64,000 nt of DNA from Octopus sinensis (Eukaryota), in assembly GCF_006345805.1 (NCBI RefSeq), contig NC_043023.1, forward strand, positions 19,158,001 to 19,222,000, given 5' to 3'. The notes under the pieces were generated by a model. The model did not search any database. It saw nothing but the letters and a program-made list of their open reading frames with translations, and had not been told where the DNA came from. Below are positions 1 through 12,903 of this stretch, piece by piece; the first letter of the stretch is position 1; each line of letters starts with the position of its first letter. The translations under genes were made by a program, and so were the position numbers.

Positions 1-530
1 TATTTACTTTTTTTTTTATTGAAAAGTCTTCAATAGTTTTTAAGAGCTTAGTGCCCACAGAATCGACTAAAGATCCGTATATGCATCCACTAGCACAATG
101 ACCCGGCAACGGTTATGGGATATGCTAGAAACAACAGCCAAATCTCCCTTCACACCTTCTCGTCTGAAAATATTTACTTTTTTTTTTATTGAAAAGTCTT
201 CAATAGTTTTTAAGAGCTTAGTGCCCACAGAATCGACTAAAGATCCGTATATGCATCCACTAGCACAATGACCCGGCAACGGTTATGGGATATGCTAGAA
301 ACAACAGCCAAATCTCCCTTAAATGGCACACCTTCTCGTCTGAAAATATTTACTTTTATTTTTATTGAAAAGTCTCCAATAGTTTTTAAGAGCTTAGTGT
401 CCACACAATCGACTAAAGATCCGTATATGCATCCACTAGCACAATGACCCGGCAAGGGTTATGGGATATGCTAGAAACAACAGCCAAATCTCCCTTAAAT
501 GGCATGCCTTCTCGTCTGAAAATATTTACT
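1..530. repeat. Tandem repeat, ~170-176 bp unit, 3+ copies (continues left)
   Basis: Recurring gaaaagtcttcaatagtttttaagagcttagtg...ctagaaacaacagccaaatctccctt. Confidence 0.9.
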
Positions 531-1108
531 TTTTTTTTTTTATTGAAAATATTTATTTGTTATATTTCGGAATGGTCATTTTGCCAGTTTAGCCAAAAAA
601 AAACACACGCACAATATATTTGGTGTTACTTTGCTTCAGAGTTATTTATTTTTTACATTAATCTTAATCTTATTTCGGCGAGAGTTCTTTCGTCACACTC
701 CTGTGACCGCATCAGTGGTCCTTTGTTTTCTTCTTTCTTATTTGTGTCTCTCCTTATTAACCGTCAGCCATTTCGTATTTCTATTGTATGTCTTCTTTTA
801 CGCATTCTTATATCTCTATGTGCGTCTATGTTTATTTAGTGGTGGGGGGGTGGATGATGTAATATTTGTATCTTCTGTTTATATACGTTCTCTTTACTCT
901 TTTACTTGTTTCAGTCATGTGACTGTTGCCATGCTGGAGCACCGCCTTTAGTCGAGCAAATCGACCCCAGGACTTATTCTTTGTGTGCCTAGTACTTATT
1001 CTATCGGTCCCTTTTGCCGAGCCGCTAAGTTATGTAAATTTTTTTTTTTTTAATATTATTATTACTAGTATTGTTGTTATACATACATACAAGCATATGT
1101 AATGATAT

Positions 1109-1697
1109 ATTTCTTTATTGCCCACAAGGGGCTAAACATAAAGGGGACAGACATAGGTATTAAGTCGATTATATCGACCCGCAGTGCGTAACTGGTACTT
1201 AATTTATCGACCCCGAAAGGATGAAAGGCAAAGTCGACCTCGGCGTAATTTGAACTCAGAACGTAACGGCAGACGAAATACCTATTTCTTTATTACCCAC
1301 AAGGGGCTAAACACAGAGCGGACAAACAAGGACAGACATAGGTATTAAGTCGATTACATCGACCCCAGTGCGTAACTGGTACTTAATTTATCGACCCCGA
1401 AAGAATGAAAGGCAAAGTTGACCTCGGCGTAATTTGAACTCAGAACGTAACGGCAGACGAAATACCTATTTCTTTATTACCCACAAGGGGCTAAACACAG
1501 AGAGGACAAACAAGGACAGACATAGGTATTAAGTCGATTACCTCGACCCCAGTGCGTAACTGGTACTTAATTTATCGACCCCGAAAGGATGAAAGGCAAA
1601 GTCGACCCCGGCGGAATTTGAACTCAGAACGTAACGGCAGACGAAATACCGCTAAGCATTTCGCCCGGCGTGCTAACGTTTCTGCCAGCTCGCCGCC
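1109..1697 (-). mobile_element. SINE family D, head-to-tail trimer
   Basis: Three units of gagttcaaattccgccgaggtcgactttgcctttcatcctttcggggtcgataaattaagtaccag...gccccttgtgggcaataaagaaata (reverse complement); only the rightmost has the full tRNA-like head. Confidence 0.8.
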
Positions 1698-1863
1698 TTA
1701 ATATATAATGATGATAAAAATAAGTGGATGTAAACACATGAACAAAATAAGAATAAACAAAAACAAATTACACGAAGGTAATATAAGGATGAAAATCACG
1801 GTAATGATTTTTATCAGGTAGTCAGCATGCTATAAAGATTTATAGGCAAATTATACAGTAAAT

Positions 1864-2250
1864 CTTTATATATAAAAGTCAAGTTGTGTGTCTGTCTCCT
1901 ACGATTTAGATTCCTAACTACTCCCACATTTTGCGGTGCAGTTTAACCAAAACCGGGTATCTTATAGTCGTGATTCATATCGAGCCCTTCTGGGTATTAG
2001 CACACGTCTACGATGAGTCTACGATTTTAAAAATAATTTAACATCATTTTTTATTCCATTTTAATGCATCTTTTCGTTATTATATAAGGGAAGTAACTCT
2101 TTAAAAATGTCTACGATTAGTCAGCGATTTTTAAGAAAGTATACGATCATTTTTTCCCCATTTTTTGCTATTTTTTGGCTATAACTCTCTAAAAATGGTT
2201 TATAGTTATTTCCCTTACAAACCCGAGCAACGCCGGGCGATACTGCTAGT
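1864..2250 (-). mobile_element. Helitron/Helentron-associated non-autonomous element
   Basis: actagcagtatcgcccggcgttgctcggg 5' end and acacacaacttgacttttatatata 3' end; same family at 54284-54961. Confidence 0.6.
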
Positions 2251-3171
2251 TAATAATAATATACATATGTATATAATAATATTAAGGTTATAATGGATAC
2301 AGATCGTGTGTCAATAGCTATCTTGATGGCGGTGGCCACATGGAGCTGTCCAGCGGCAGCGATTATTCTTATATCTATAAGAATAATCTATGGCGATAAC
2401 AATTAATTTCCAGTAAACGCTGCCGCAATCTCTTTTATAGAGACTTAGTAATTTTAATATTTCTAATATTAAGGGAACAAGGGTGAAAACGACCTATCAC
2501 TGTTATTTGCGAAAAAAACATTGTCTGGGCGCAGTTGGGGTGTAGAAAACATTTTGTTTACTCTTTTACTGGTTTCAGTCATTTGACTGCGGCCATGCTG
2601 GAGCACCGCCTTTAGTCGAGCCAAATGACCCCAGGACTTATTCTTTGTAAGCCTAGTACATATAACGTAACGAAAGGCGAAAAGAAAATGAAGCTTTATA
2701 AAAATAGAGTTAGCAGGTTGTTATAAGAGGCACTACTAGCAACCGTGCTAGTCACTGGACCCCTCATTAGGCTGTGGCCATGCTGGGGCACAACCCTGAA
2801 AGATTTTTAGTTCAATTAATCGACACCAGTACTTATTTATCTTAAGCAAGGTACTTATTCTGTTGGTTGCTTTTGCTAAACTGCAGTTGTCAAATACAAA
2901 ACAAAACACACATTATTTGTTCCTTCTAGAGCCATGCTTGGCTCATAAGGGCCGGTTTCCCGTTTTTTTTTTCTCTTTCCCCACCGATACCCTTTTTTTT
3001 TTATTAATAGTTTAACAAGTTGGTTAAAAAAAATCCCCTTTCCTTAAAAGAGTTAATTAACAACTCTAAGGTTTTTGGAATGAATTGAATATGGAGATCA
3101 GTGTGTGTCTTTTAGCCAGCTTCTTTGATTCAGTTTGAATATGTTCGATCATCCAATATCCTTCATTCATA

Positions 3172-3389
3172 CCCTTCTGTTACCAACCCGGCCAAAACCA
3201 CCTCTGACCCTGTAGTCTTGTTTTGAAAGGTTTTGAAATAAAATCTTCCACCAAACCTCAGTCGCAATTTATGTTCCTAACACTAGCTTAACGATAATTA
3301 AATTATTTTACTAAATTCTTTGTTATATTTAAATTTAATTGAAAGAAACACAGAGCATCTCAACAGAAATATAGTAACGAAAGGGTTAA
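3172..3389. mobile_element. piggyBac-type MITE
   Basis: Degenerate ccctt..gttac / gtaacgaaagggttaa ends; body shared with 3413-3611 and 19769-19995. Confidence 0.6.
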
Positions 3390-3412
3390 AATATATAATA
3401 GAGAAACAATTC

Positions 3413-3611
3413 TTAACCCTTTTGATACCAACCTGGCTGAAACCGCCTCAGGACCCTGTAGTACAAATGTCTTGTTTTCATAAGTTTTTCATTAAAATCT
3501 TCCACCAAACCTTAGTCACAATTTATGTTCCTTACACTAGCTTAACGATAATTAAATTATTTTGAAAGAAACACAGAGCATCTCAAAATAAATACAGTAA
3601 TGAAAGTGTTA
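3413..3611. mobile_element. piggyBac-type MITE, second copy
   Basis: TTAA-CCCTTT start; same body as 19769-19995. Confidence 0.6.
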
Positions 3612-3844
3612 GCATTAGAGAAGGGTATAAAGGGGATTAGTTGAGGAGAACGGTGTATATTTAAATGAAATGTTAACGTATATATGTGAACGATAATATA
3701 TATAAGATAAACTTACTTGGAAATATATATTATAGATCTAAGTGTCCTTCAAACACCTATGAGGTAAACCATACGATACTACCTGACTATCACTGTAAAT
3801 GTTGTGCGTAGATTGAGATAAAGGTGTGTTGGCTTTTAGCCAAT

Positions 3845-4278
3845 GAGAACACTTTCATTCAAACGTATGACAGATAGATGCTTGCTTGTGTGTATGGAGA
3901 GGAGAAAGATCGGGTGTGGTGTTGGCGAATATCAGGAAGCATGGAAGTTTTGAAGGATGCAGTGCTCCGACAACTAACAACTGATGCCGGCAGTTTGTTC
4001 CATGCTTCAGCAACTCTCAGCGTGGAAAAATGTTTCCGAAAGCCATGGAAGGAGCTGTGCTGTTTTCTGACTTTGTAAACATGTCCACGGGTGTGAGACG
4101 GGTGGAGTTTGAAAAGGTGGTCAGAGTTATTGTTTGTAAGAGGGTTAATAATTTTCTGGGTGTCTGCCAAGTCAGCTGCCAGACGTCGGAGTTTGAATGT
4201 ATCCATGGCCAGGGAAGAAGTAAGGTGTTCAGAATAAAAGTTCTGTGCAGCTTGCTGTTGTGCAACATTCTGCACTGC
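3845..4278 (-). mobile_element. CR1/L2-type LINE 3' fragment
   Basis: LRRLAADL...TRGHVYKVRKQ...FRKHFSTLRVAEAWNKLP, the typical CR1-group C-terminus. Confidence 0.85.
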
Positions 4279-4545
4279 AGCTTACGTGGTCGTAGGATCG
4301 CGGTTTCGATTCCCAGACCGGGCGTTGTGAGTGTTTATTGAGCGAAAACACTTAAAGCTCCACGAGGCTCCGGCAGGGGATGGTGGTGAAACCTGCTGTA
4401 CTCTTTCACCACAACTTTCTCTCATTCTTTCTTCTGTTGGCCGGTTAGCTTAGCCAGCCGGGTGGCGTGATTTGAAGCCCATTGTGACTAGCGATGTCTA
4501 GCAACATCTGATAGCCTGATCGGTCACGTGATCACGTGGGAAAAT
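4279..4545 (+). mobile_element. SINE family B (5'-truncated), tail type 1
   Basis: ggatcgcggtttcgattcccagaccgggcgttgtgagtgtttattgagcg...; related copies at 28272-28557, 40953-41254, 43268-43522. Confidence 0.75.
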
Positions 4546-5179
4546 TACAGAGTAACAACCGCACGATTTTCAGTAAGAAAGAAAAACTCGGATTTTTTGC
4601 GTGGAATCAAGTACCCTGACCTCGTAATATGTGTTGACATGTGCCGTTCAAAAGGAAAAGATCCGGTGGTGCTCCAGCATGGCCACAGTCAAATAACTGG
4701 AACATGTAAAAGAGTATACGCGCACTCGCCGATGCCGACTTTGCCTTTCATCCTTTCGGGGTCGATAAATTAAGTACCAGTTACGCACTGGTGTCGATGT
4801 AATCGACTTAATCCCTTTGTCTGTCTTTGTTTGTCCCCCTCTATGTTTAGCCCCTTGTGGGTAATAAAAAAACAAAAAAAACATATTTTTTCCTATTTTT
4901 TTATGAGAAATCTATGTCTGCTCAAACGAGCATTCCCAATATGGAAAATAAAGGTGGTACTAAAATTTCGAATTTTAGCTGTTATTTCAAGCATATCAAG
5001 TTTTCTGGCAAAAGCGATATTTTTTCGCCTGCTGTCTCAGGAGAAATCTACGCATGCATAAAACATAAGGAGTTTTGTGCTCTGGGAAAACGGCAAGGGA
5101 TGTCATAAGGGGTGACATAAGAATTTTTGTCAGAAAATCTGAAATGTAAAAAATTTTTCTTCAAATTACAAAATACATA

Positions 5180-5760
5180 GGCGCAGGAGTGGCTGTGTGG
5201 TAAGTAGCTTGTTTACCAACCACATGGTTCCGGGTTCAGTCCCACTGCGTGGCACCTTCGGCAAGTGTCTTCTACTATAGCCCCGGGCCAACCAAAGCCT
5301 TGTGAGTGGATTTGGTAGACGGAAACTGAAAGAAGCCTGTCGTATATATATATATATATATATGGCGCAGGAGAAGCTGTGTGGTAAGTAGCTTGTTTAC
5401 CAACTACATGGTTCCAGGTTCAGTCCCACTGCGTGGCACCTTCAGCAAGTGTCTTCTACTATAGCCCCGGGCCAACCAAAGCCTTGTGAGTGGATTTGGT
5501 AGACGGAAACTGAAAGAAGCCCGTCGTATATATGTATTTATATATGTATGTGTTTGTGTGTCTGTGTTTGTCCCCCTAGCATTGCTTGACAACCGATGCT
5601 GGTGTGTTTATGTCTCCGTTACTTAGCGGTTTGGCAAAAGAGACTGATAGAATAAGTACTGGGCTCACAAAGAATAAGTCCCAGGGTCGAGTTGCTCGAC
5701 TAAAGGCGGTGCTCCAGCATGGCCGCAGTCAAATGACTGAAACAAGTAAAAGAATAAAAA
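5180..5760 (+). mobile_element. SINE family A: truncated head plus full copy
   Basis: tRNA-like head ggcgcaggagtggctgtgtggtaag...ggttcagtccc (A/B boxes), internal (TA)/(TG)n, (gtaaaaga)n tail; second head at 5364. Confidence 0.85.
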
Positions 5761-6808
5761 AAGAGAGAGTGGGCACACATTTAAAGGTACGCTGAAGTTT
5801 CTTACCTGCAACTTTTTTTTAGCTCGGCTTCTCAGGTGTCCTGACTTACTCCGTCGATCATAAATTTCTGCTTTGAATGAAATTTTACATGGACCTTATA
5901 TAATGGTAGGCTTTCTATTCCATTGAAATACTGAGAGAGGATCGGTGAATAGTGGTAGAGGGATGGTAATATATAAGACGAAGGGAGGGGGTCGTGGTGT
6001 CAATGCGACTACTACATATTTTTATCATATCAAACCAACAAGAAAACAACATCCCCCTACCTTCTTCTTATCAGTCACCAACCTGCTATTGTGTGTGTGT
6101 GTGTGTGTATGTGTGTCTGTATTTGACAATTGGCTGTGGCGTGTTTACATCCCCGAAACTTAGCAGTTCAGTATAAGTAACAGATATAATAAGTACCAGG
6201 CTTAAGATAAATAAGTACTGGTGTCGATTTATTCGACTAAAGATTCGGATCTTTTCCGTTTGAATGGCAGTTTTTAACATAATTTCTAGGTAACTTTCAT
6301 CGTTTCGGAGTCGATGAATTAAGTACCAGTAAAATCAGTGGGGTCAGTGTAATCGATTAGTCCTCTCCCCCCAAATTTGAGGCCTTTTGCCTCCAGTAGA
6401 AAGGATTTTGCTTAAAGTACATGAAAAAAATATACGTACATACACAGTAACACATCCTTTATACAATGTATATTTTTGCAAAATTAAATTTGAGAAAAAA
6501 ATTTGGAAAAAAAATTATGTACTGTGTGTTAGCAACAACAATAACAACATTCTAATATCTACTTCTCCGTGTAGGCTTGGAAAAGATTTTTCTGAATATT
6601 CCCAGAAACTAAAGTAAGATACGAGGAGTTATGTGGGGTTCTGAAAGCAGAATTCTGCCCACAGAACAATTAAAAGCTAAAAGATAATTCCCAAATGATT
6701 AGATCAATGCTCCACAACCTTTGTTTTATATTCTTTGCAAAATTCGGTGGCACACCTGGACTAGAAATATGACTAATAGGATAGGGGAAAAAAATTATAT
6801 TCAGTTGA

Positions 6809-8465
6809 AGGGCACTGGTTCAGATGGTGCCTCAGAAGCAATCCAAATAATTTGAACCTGCAATTTTTTGAAATGAAATTTTACTTTTTTGAAATTATAT
6901 TTTGAAATTATGTTTTGAAATTATATTCAGGTTACACTACGGGACACCTAGATTCGTCTCCTGGCACACCATTGTGCCGTAGTAAACCGGTTGTGGGGCA
7001 CTGGTTCAGATGGTGCCTCAGAAGCAATCCAAAGAATTTGAACCTGCAATTTTTTGAAATAAAATTTTACTTCTTTGAAATTATATTTTGAAATCATGTT
7101 TTGAAATTATATTCAGGTTACACTACGGGACACCTAGCATCAACTCCTGGCACACCATTGTGCCACAGTAAACCAGTTGTGGGGCACTGGTTCAGATGGT
7201 GCCTCAAATGCAATCCAAAAAATTTGAACCTGCAATTTTTTTAAATAAAATTTTACTTTTTTGAAATTATATTTTGAAATTATGTTTTGAAATTATATTC
7301 AGGTTACACTACGGGACACCTAGCATCGTCTCCTGGCACACCATTGTGCCACAGTAAACCAGTTGTGGGGCACTGGTTCAGATGGTGCCTCAAAAGCAAT
7401 CCAAAGAATTTGAACCTGCAATTTTTTGAAATAAAATTTTACTTTTTTGAAATTATATTTTGAAATCATGTTTTGAAATTATATTCAGGTTACACTACGG
7501 GACACCTAGCATCGTCTCTTGGCACACCATTGTGCCACAGTAAACCAGTTGTGGGGCACTGGTTCAGATGGTGCCTCAGAAGCAATCCAAAGAATTTGAA
7601 CCTGCAATTTGTTTTAATGAAATTTTACTTTTTTGAAATTATATTTTGAAATTATATTCAGGTTACACTACGGGACACCTAGCATCGTCTCATGGCACAC
7701 CATTGTGCCACAGTAAACCAGTTGAGGGACACTGGTTCAGATGGTGCCTCAAAAGCAATCCAAAGAATTTGAACCTGCAATTTTTTGAAATAAAATTTTA
7801 CTTTTTTGAAATTATGTTTTGAAATTATATTCAGGTTACACTACGGGACACCTAGCATCGTCTCATGGCACACCATTGTGCCGCAGTAAACCAGTTGAGG
7901 GGCACTGGTTCAGATGGTGCCTCAGAAGCAATCCAAAGAATTTGAACCTGCAATTTTTTGAAATAAAATTTTACTTTTTTGAAATTATATTTTGAAATCA
8001 TGTTTTGAAATTATATTCAGGTTACACTACGGGACACCTAGCATCGTCTCCTGGCACACCATTGTGCCACAGTAAACCAGTTGTGGGGCACTGGTTCAGA
8101 TGGTGCCTCAAAAGCAATCCAATGAATTTGAACCTGCAATTTTTTGAAATGAAATTTTACTTTTTTGAAATTATATTCAGGTTACACTACGGGACACCTA
8201 GCATCGTCTCCTGGCACACCATTGTGCCACAGTAAACCAGTTGTGGGGCACTGGTTCAGATGGTGCCTCAAAAGCAATCCAAAGAATTTGAACCTGCAAT
8301 TTTTTGAAATCAAATTTTACTTTTTTGAAATTATATTTTGAAATTATATTCAGGTTACACTACGGGACACCTAGCATCGTCTCCTGGCACACCATTGTGC
8401 CACAGTAAACCAGTTGAGGGGCACTGGTTCAGATGGTGCCCAAAGAATTTGAACCTGCAATTTTT
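6809..8465. repeat. Minisatellite, ~9.3 units of 186/173/160 bp with nested 13-bp subrepeat
   Basis: Unit starts 6809, 6995, 7181, 7367, 7553, 7726, 7899, 8085, 8245, 8418. Confidence 0.95.
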
Positions 8466-8778
8466 TAAAATAAATGTTTTCTTAATGTTAATCTGAATTG
8501 GATAATGCACATACCCTTTAAATATAAACAAAATATAAATAACACAAATTGTATTTTAAATGCATCTTAAATGTGTCTTTATTGCGCAAATCAAACATAT
8601 ATTGACATACTTTAAAGGCAAATGATATGTATTTACTGTAAATCCTCGAGTATAGTCCACCCTTGAGTATAATATACAGGGGATCTTTAGGTGCTTGTAC
8701 CTCTGAAAAACCTAAACCTTGTGTATAATACGCACCCGTTCTCTAACTTCAGTCAAGGAGATCCATATAACGTCCTCC

Positions 8779-11700
8779 ATCATCATCATCATCATTGTTT
8801 AGCGTCCACTTTCCATGCTAGCATGGGTTGGATGGTTCGATCTGGGTCTGGGAAGCCAGAAGGCTGCACCAGGCTGTTTGATCTGGCAATGTTTCTACGG
8901 CTGGATGCCCTTCCTAACGCCAACCACTCCATGAGTGTAGTGGGTGCTTTTTATGTGCCACCGGCACGGGGGCCAAGTGAGGCTGGCAACGTCCACGAAC
9001 AGATGGTGCTTTTTATGTGCCACCGGCACGGGGGTCACGCGAGGCTGGCAACGTCCACGAACGGATGGTGCTTTTTACATGCCACCAGCACGAGGCCAGT
9101 CGGGGCGGCGCTCGCAACGGCCACGTTCGGATGGTTCTCTTACGTGCCACCGGCACTGGTAACTCAGCTGCAATTTCCATTGATCGATTTCGATTCTGAT
9201 TCTCACTTGCCTCAACAGGTCTTCACAAGTAGAGTTTTGTGTCCCAAGATGGGAAGGTATGCATAAGTGGGCTGGCTACATCCCATGTAGAAGGCCACAG
9301 GTTATGGTCTCACTTGTCCTGCCGGGTCTTCTCATGCACAGGATACTTCCAGAGGTCTCGGTCTCTAGTCATTTCCTCAGTGAGACCTAAAGTTCGAAGG
9401 TCATGCTTCACCACCTCGTCCCAGGTTTTCCTGGGTCTACCTCTTCCACAGGTTCCCTCAACCTCTAGGGTGTGGCACTTTTTCACACAATTATCTTCAT
9501 CCATTCTCACCACATGCCCATACCAGCGCAAACGTCTCTCTTGCACACCACATCTGATGCTTCTTAGGTCCAACTTTTCTCTCAAGGTACTTACACTCTG
9601 TCGGGTATGAACACTGACATTACACATCCATCGGAGCATACTGGCTTCATTTCTTGCGAGCTTACGCATATCCTCAGCAGTCACGGCCCATGTTTCACAG
9701 CCATGTAGCATGGCTGTTCGTACAAATGCATCATACAGTCTGCCTTTTACTCTGAGCGAGAGGCCTTTAGTCACCAGCAGAGGTAAGAGCTCCCTAAACT
9801 TTGCCCAGGCTATTCTTATTCTAGCAGTTACACTTTCAGTGCACCCACCCCCACTACTGACTTGGTCACCTAGGTAACGGAAGCTATCAACTATTTCTAG
9901 TTTTTCTCCCTGGAAAGTGACAGAAGTTGGTCTCAGAGCATTTTCAGTGTTTATTGTTCCTGAGCATCTGCCACATACAAAAACCATCTTCCTAGTTAGC
10001 CTTCCTTTGACATTGCTGCACCTCTTATGTGTCCATAGCTTACACTGGGTACATCTTATAGAGTTTCTACCTACACCTTTTCTACAGATCGAGCAGGGCC
10101 ATCTTCCTGAAGACATTTGTGGATTGTCTACCTTCCTACTTATTAGTACTTTGGTTTTAGCTAGGTTGACTCTAAGGCCCCTCAATTCTAGACCCTCCTT
10201 CCACACCTGGAACTTCTCCTCCAGTTCTGACAGTGACTCAGCAATTAGAGCAAGGTCGTCAGCATATAGGAGCTCCCAGGGGCAACCTGTCTTGAATTCC
10301 TCCGTAATTGCCTGGAGGACTATGATAAATAGGAGGGGGCTGAGTACTGAACCCTGGTGGACCCCAACCTCTACTTTGAATTCATCTGTGTCCATGTTGC
10401 CAACCCTAACCTTACTTACGGCATCCCTGTACATGGCTTGCACAGCCCTCACCAGCCATTCATCCATCCCTAGTTTCCTCATTGACCACCAGATAAGGGA
10501 TCGGGGGACCCTGTCAAAGGCTTTCTCCATGTCAACGAAAGCCAGGTACAGGGGCTTATCTTTGGCTAGGTATTTCTCCTGCAGCAGTCTCACCTGAAAT
10601 ATGGCATCAGTGGTGCTTTTCCCTGGCATGAAACCAAACTGCATCTCGTCCAAGTTGACTCTCTCCCTAATCAGTTGGGCTATGACCCTCTCTGTAACCT
10701 TCATTACCTGATCCAACAGCTTGATACCTCTGTAATTATTTGTATCTAGGGCGTCTCCTTTACCTTTGTAGCAGTTGACTAGTATGCTGCTACACCAGTC
10801 ATTGGGTATGACTCCTTCGTGTATCACCTGGTTAACTATACGGGTGACTAGGTTATAGCCGACACTGCCAAATATTTTGAGCATCTCTGCAGTAATTCCT
10901 GATGGGCCTGGGGCTTTCCCTGTCTTCATGCTTCTAATTGCTTTAACTACCAACGAATTGGCAACTTGGATGGCTGGTCCCTCTGTTGGGTTGACATTCG
11001 GCAGACTCTCTTTATCCCATTCATTTTCTTTATTCACCAACCTTTCATAGTGGCATCTCCAAACCGCTCTCTTTGCATCCTCATTTAGCGCAAGTGAACC
11101 ATCATCCATGCGGACACATTTCTCTCCTACCACATCACGATTCTCTCTCACACACTGTCTTGCAACACCAAATACCTCAAGTCTTTCATCCTCACGGCGC
11201 AGAACATTGGCAAATTTTTTTCTTATCCGCTTCCCCTCTGGCTAAATAAACCTGTCTCCTAGCTTCCCTTCTGGCTGTCTGATACAATTCCCTGCTACCA
11301 CCGTTCTTCCAGTCCCTCCAAGCCTGTTTCTTTTGTCTAGTAGCCCTGTCAACCACATTGTTCCACCACCACATTACTCTGGGTCGAGATGGGACTTTGC
11401 TCCATCCACAGATCTGGTCAGTGGCCGTCAGCAGATTGTCCCGTAGAAATCTCCAGTTGTCTTCCACATTAAGTGAAGCTATATCCCCTTCTATTTCGTC
11501 AAAGGCTTCGAGTAGTATGTCTCTAAATCTCTGTCCATTTGCAGGATCTTTAAGCTTCCAGACCCTTCTCCTCCAAGCTGGTCTTCTTCTGGGTAACCAT
11601 TTAGCTCTGATCCTGAAGTCGCTAACTACTAATCTATGTTGAGGAGTACATTCTTCGCCTGGAAAGGTTTTGGCATTTATAAGCAGCCCTCTTTCCCTCT

Positions 11701-12282
11701 TTCTGGTGAGGATGTAGTCAATCTGACTAGTGTGTCTGCCAGAACGGTAGGTGACTAGCTGAGAGGTGGGTTTCCTGAAGTTGGTATTGCAGACCATAAG
11801 GTCATTTGCATCGCAGAACTCCAGCAGCCTGGTTCCCTCCTCATTTCGAGAGCCAAAACCGTAGCCTCCATGAACACCATGGAAGCCCCCGACATGCCGT
11901 CCAACATGTCCATTGAAATCACCTGCCACAAAAAGAAGGTCACTGTCATTTGTCAACGAGGTAGTCCGCAATAGGGTGTCGTAGAATTGGTCTTTCTCTC
12001 CTTCCGGTAGCCCTGGTTGAGGGGCATATGCCGAGATGATGGTAGCTGACCTATGGTGAAGCACTAATCTAATCTTAAGTACTCTATCACTTACTCTGAC
12101 TACCTCGATTACCTTATCTACCCATTTCTTCGCAAGAAGTATACCCATGCCCCCGACCCCGTCAGTGTTCCCTGCCCAGAAAATCTTGTACCTGTGTTCC
12201 TTGCCTGTGAGGAGCCTAGCGGAACCTCCTCTCCACCTTACTTCCTGGATGCAGCATAAGTCCACACGTCTCCGTTCAAGCC
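8779..12282 (-). mobile_element. RTE-clade LINE, nearly full length, slightly 5'-truncated, ~530 nt 3' UTR and (GAT)n tail
   Basis: APE motifs CIQEVRW, AGDFNGHVG, QIDYIL; RT motifs YRGIKLL, QFGFMPGKSTTDAI, DMEKAFD, GVHQGSVLSPLLF, LLYADDL, FRYLG; RTE-type C-terminus GRPRKTWDEVVKHDL; (cat)n at 8779. Confidence 0.95.
9310..12282 (-). pseudogene. RTE endonuclease-reverse transcriptase ORF with a single +1 frameshift at the A7 run 11215-11221
   Basis: Track ORFs 11192..12298 and 9310..11151 fuse as ...ADKKK-FANVLRREDERLEVFGVARQCVRENRD... if one A is removed. Confidence 0.9.
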
Positions 12283-12353
12283 ACACATCCCCATTCAAGG
12301 CACACGTCTCATTCGAACCATAATATTTTATAATTTTCTCAGATTGGCATACT

Positions 12354-12903
12354 CTCTTTACTCTCTTTTACTTGTTTCAGTCATTTGACTGCGGCCATGC
12401 TGGAGCACCGCCTTTAGTCGAGCAAATCGACCCCAGGACTTATTCTTTTTTTTGTAAGCCCTGTACTTATTCTATTGGTCTCTTTTGCCGAACCGCTAAG
12501 TTTACTCTTTTACTTGTTTCAGTCATTTGACTGTGGCCATGCTGGAGCACCGCCTTTAGTCGAGTAAATCGACCCCGGGACTTATTCTTTGTAAGCCCAG
12601 TACTTATTCTATCGGTCTCTTTTGCCGAACCGCTAAGTGACGGGGACGTAAACACACCAGCATCGGTTGTCAAGCAATGCTAGGGGAACAAACACAGACA
12701 CACAAACAAACACACAAACATATATATATATATACATATATACGACGGGCTTCTTTCAATTTCCATCTACCAAATCCACTCACAAGGCTTTGGTCGGCCC
12801 GAGGCTATAGTAGAAGACACATGCCCAAGGTGCCACGCAGTGGGACTGAACCCGGAACCATGTGGTTGGTAAGCAAGCTTTACCACACAGCCACTCCTGC
12901 GCC
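12354..12903 (-). mobile_element. SINE family A: full copy plus duplicated 3' fragment
   Basis: Reverse complement of family A. Confidence 0.85.

Noticed and set aside
2335-2426. HDV-like ribozyme or type III hammerhead call
   Set aside because: Lacks the L3/P1.1 and J4/2 signatures and any CUGANGA core; kept only as an unclassified structure.
6809-8465. CRISPR-like look of regularly spaced repeats (also 34390-35265)
   Set aside because: Whole units repeat with no unique spacers; eukaryotic context, no cas genes.
9917-11642. Plus-strand ORFs of 226 aa and 94 aa
   Set aside because: Antisense shadows of the RTE ORF.
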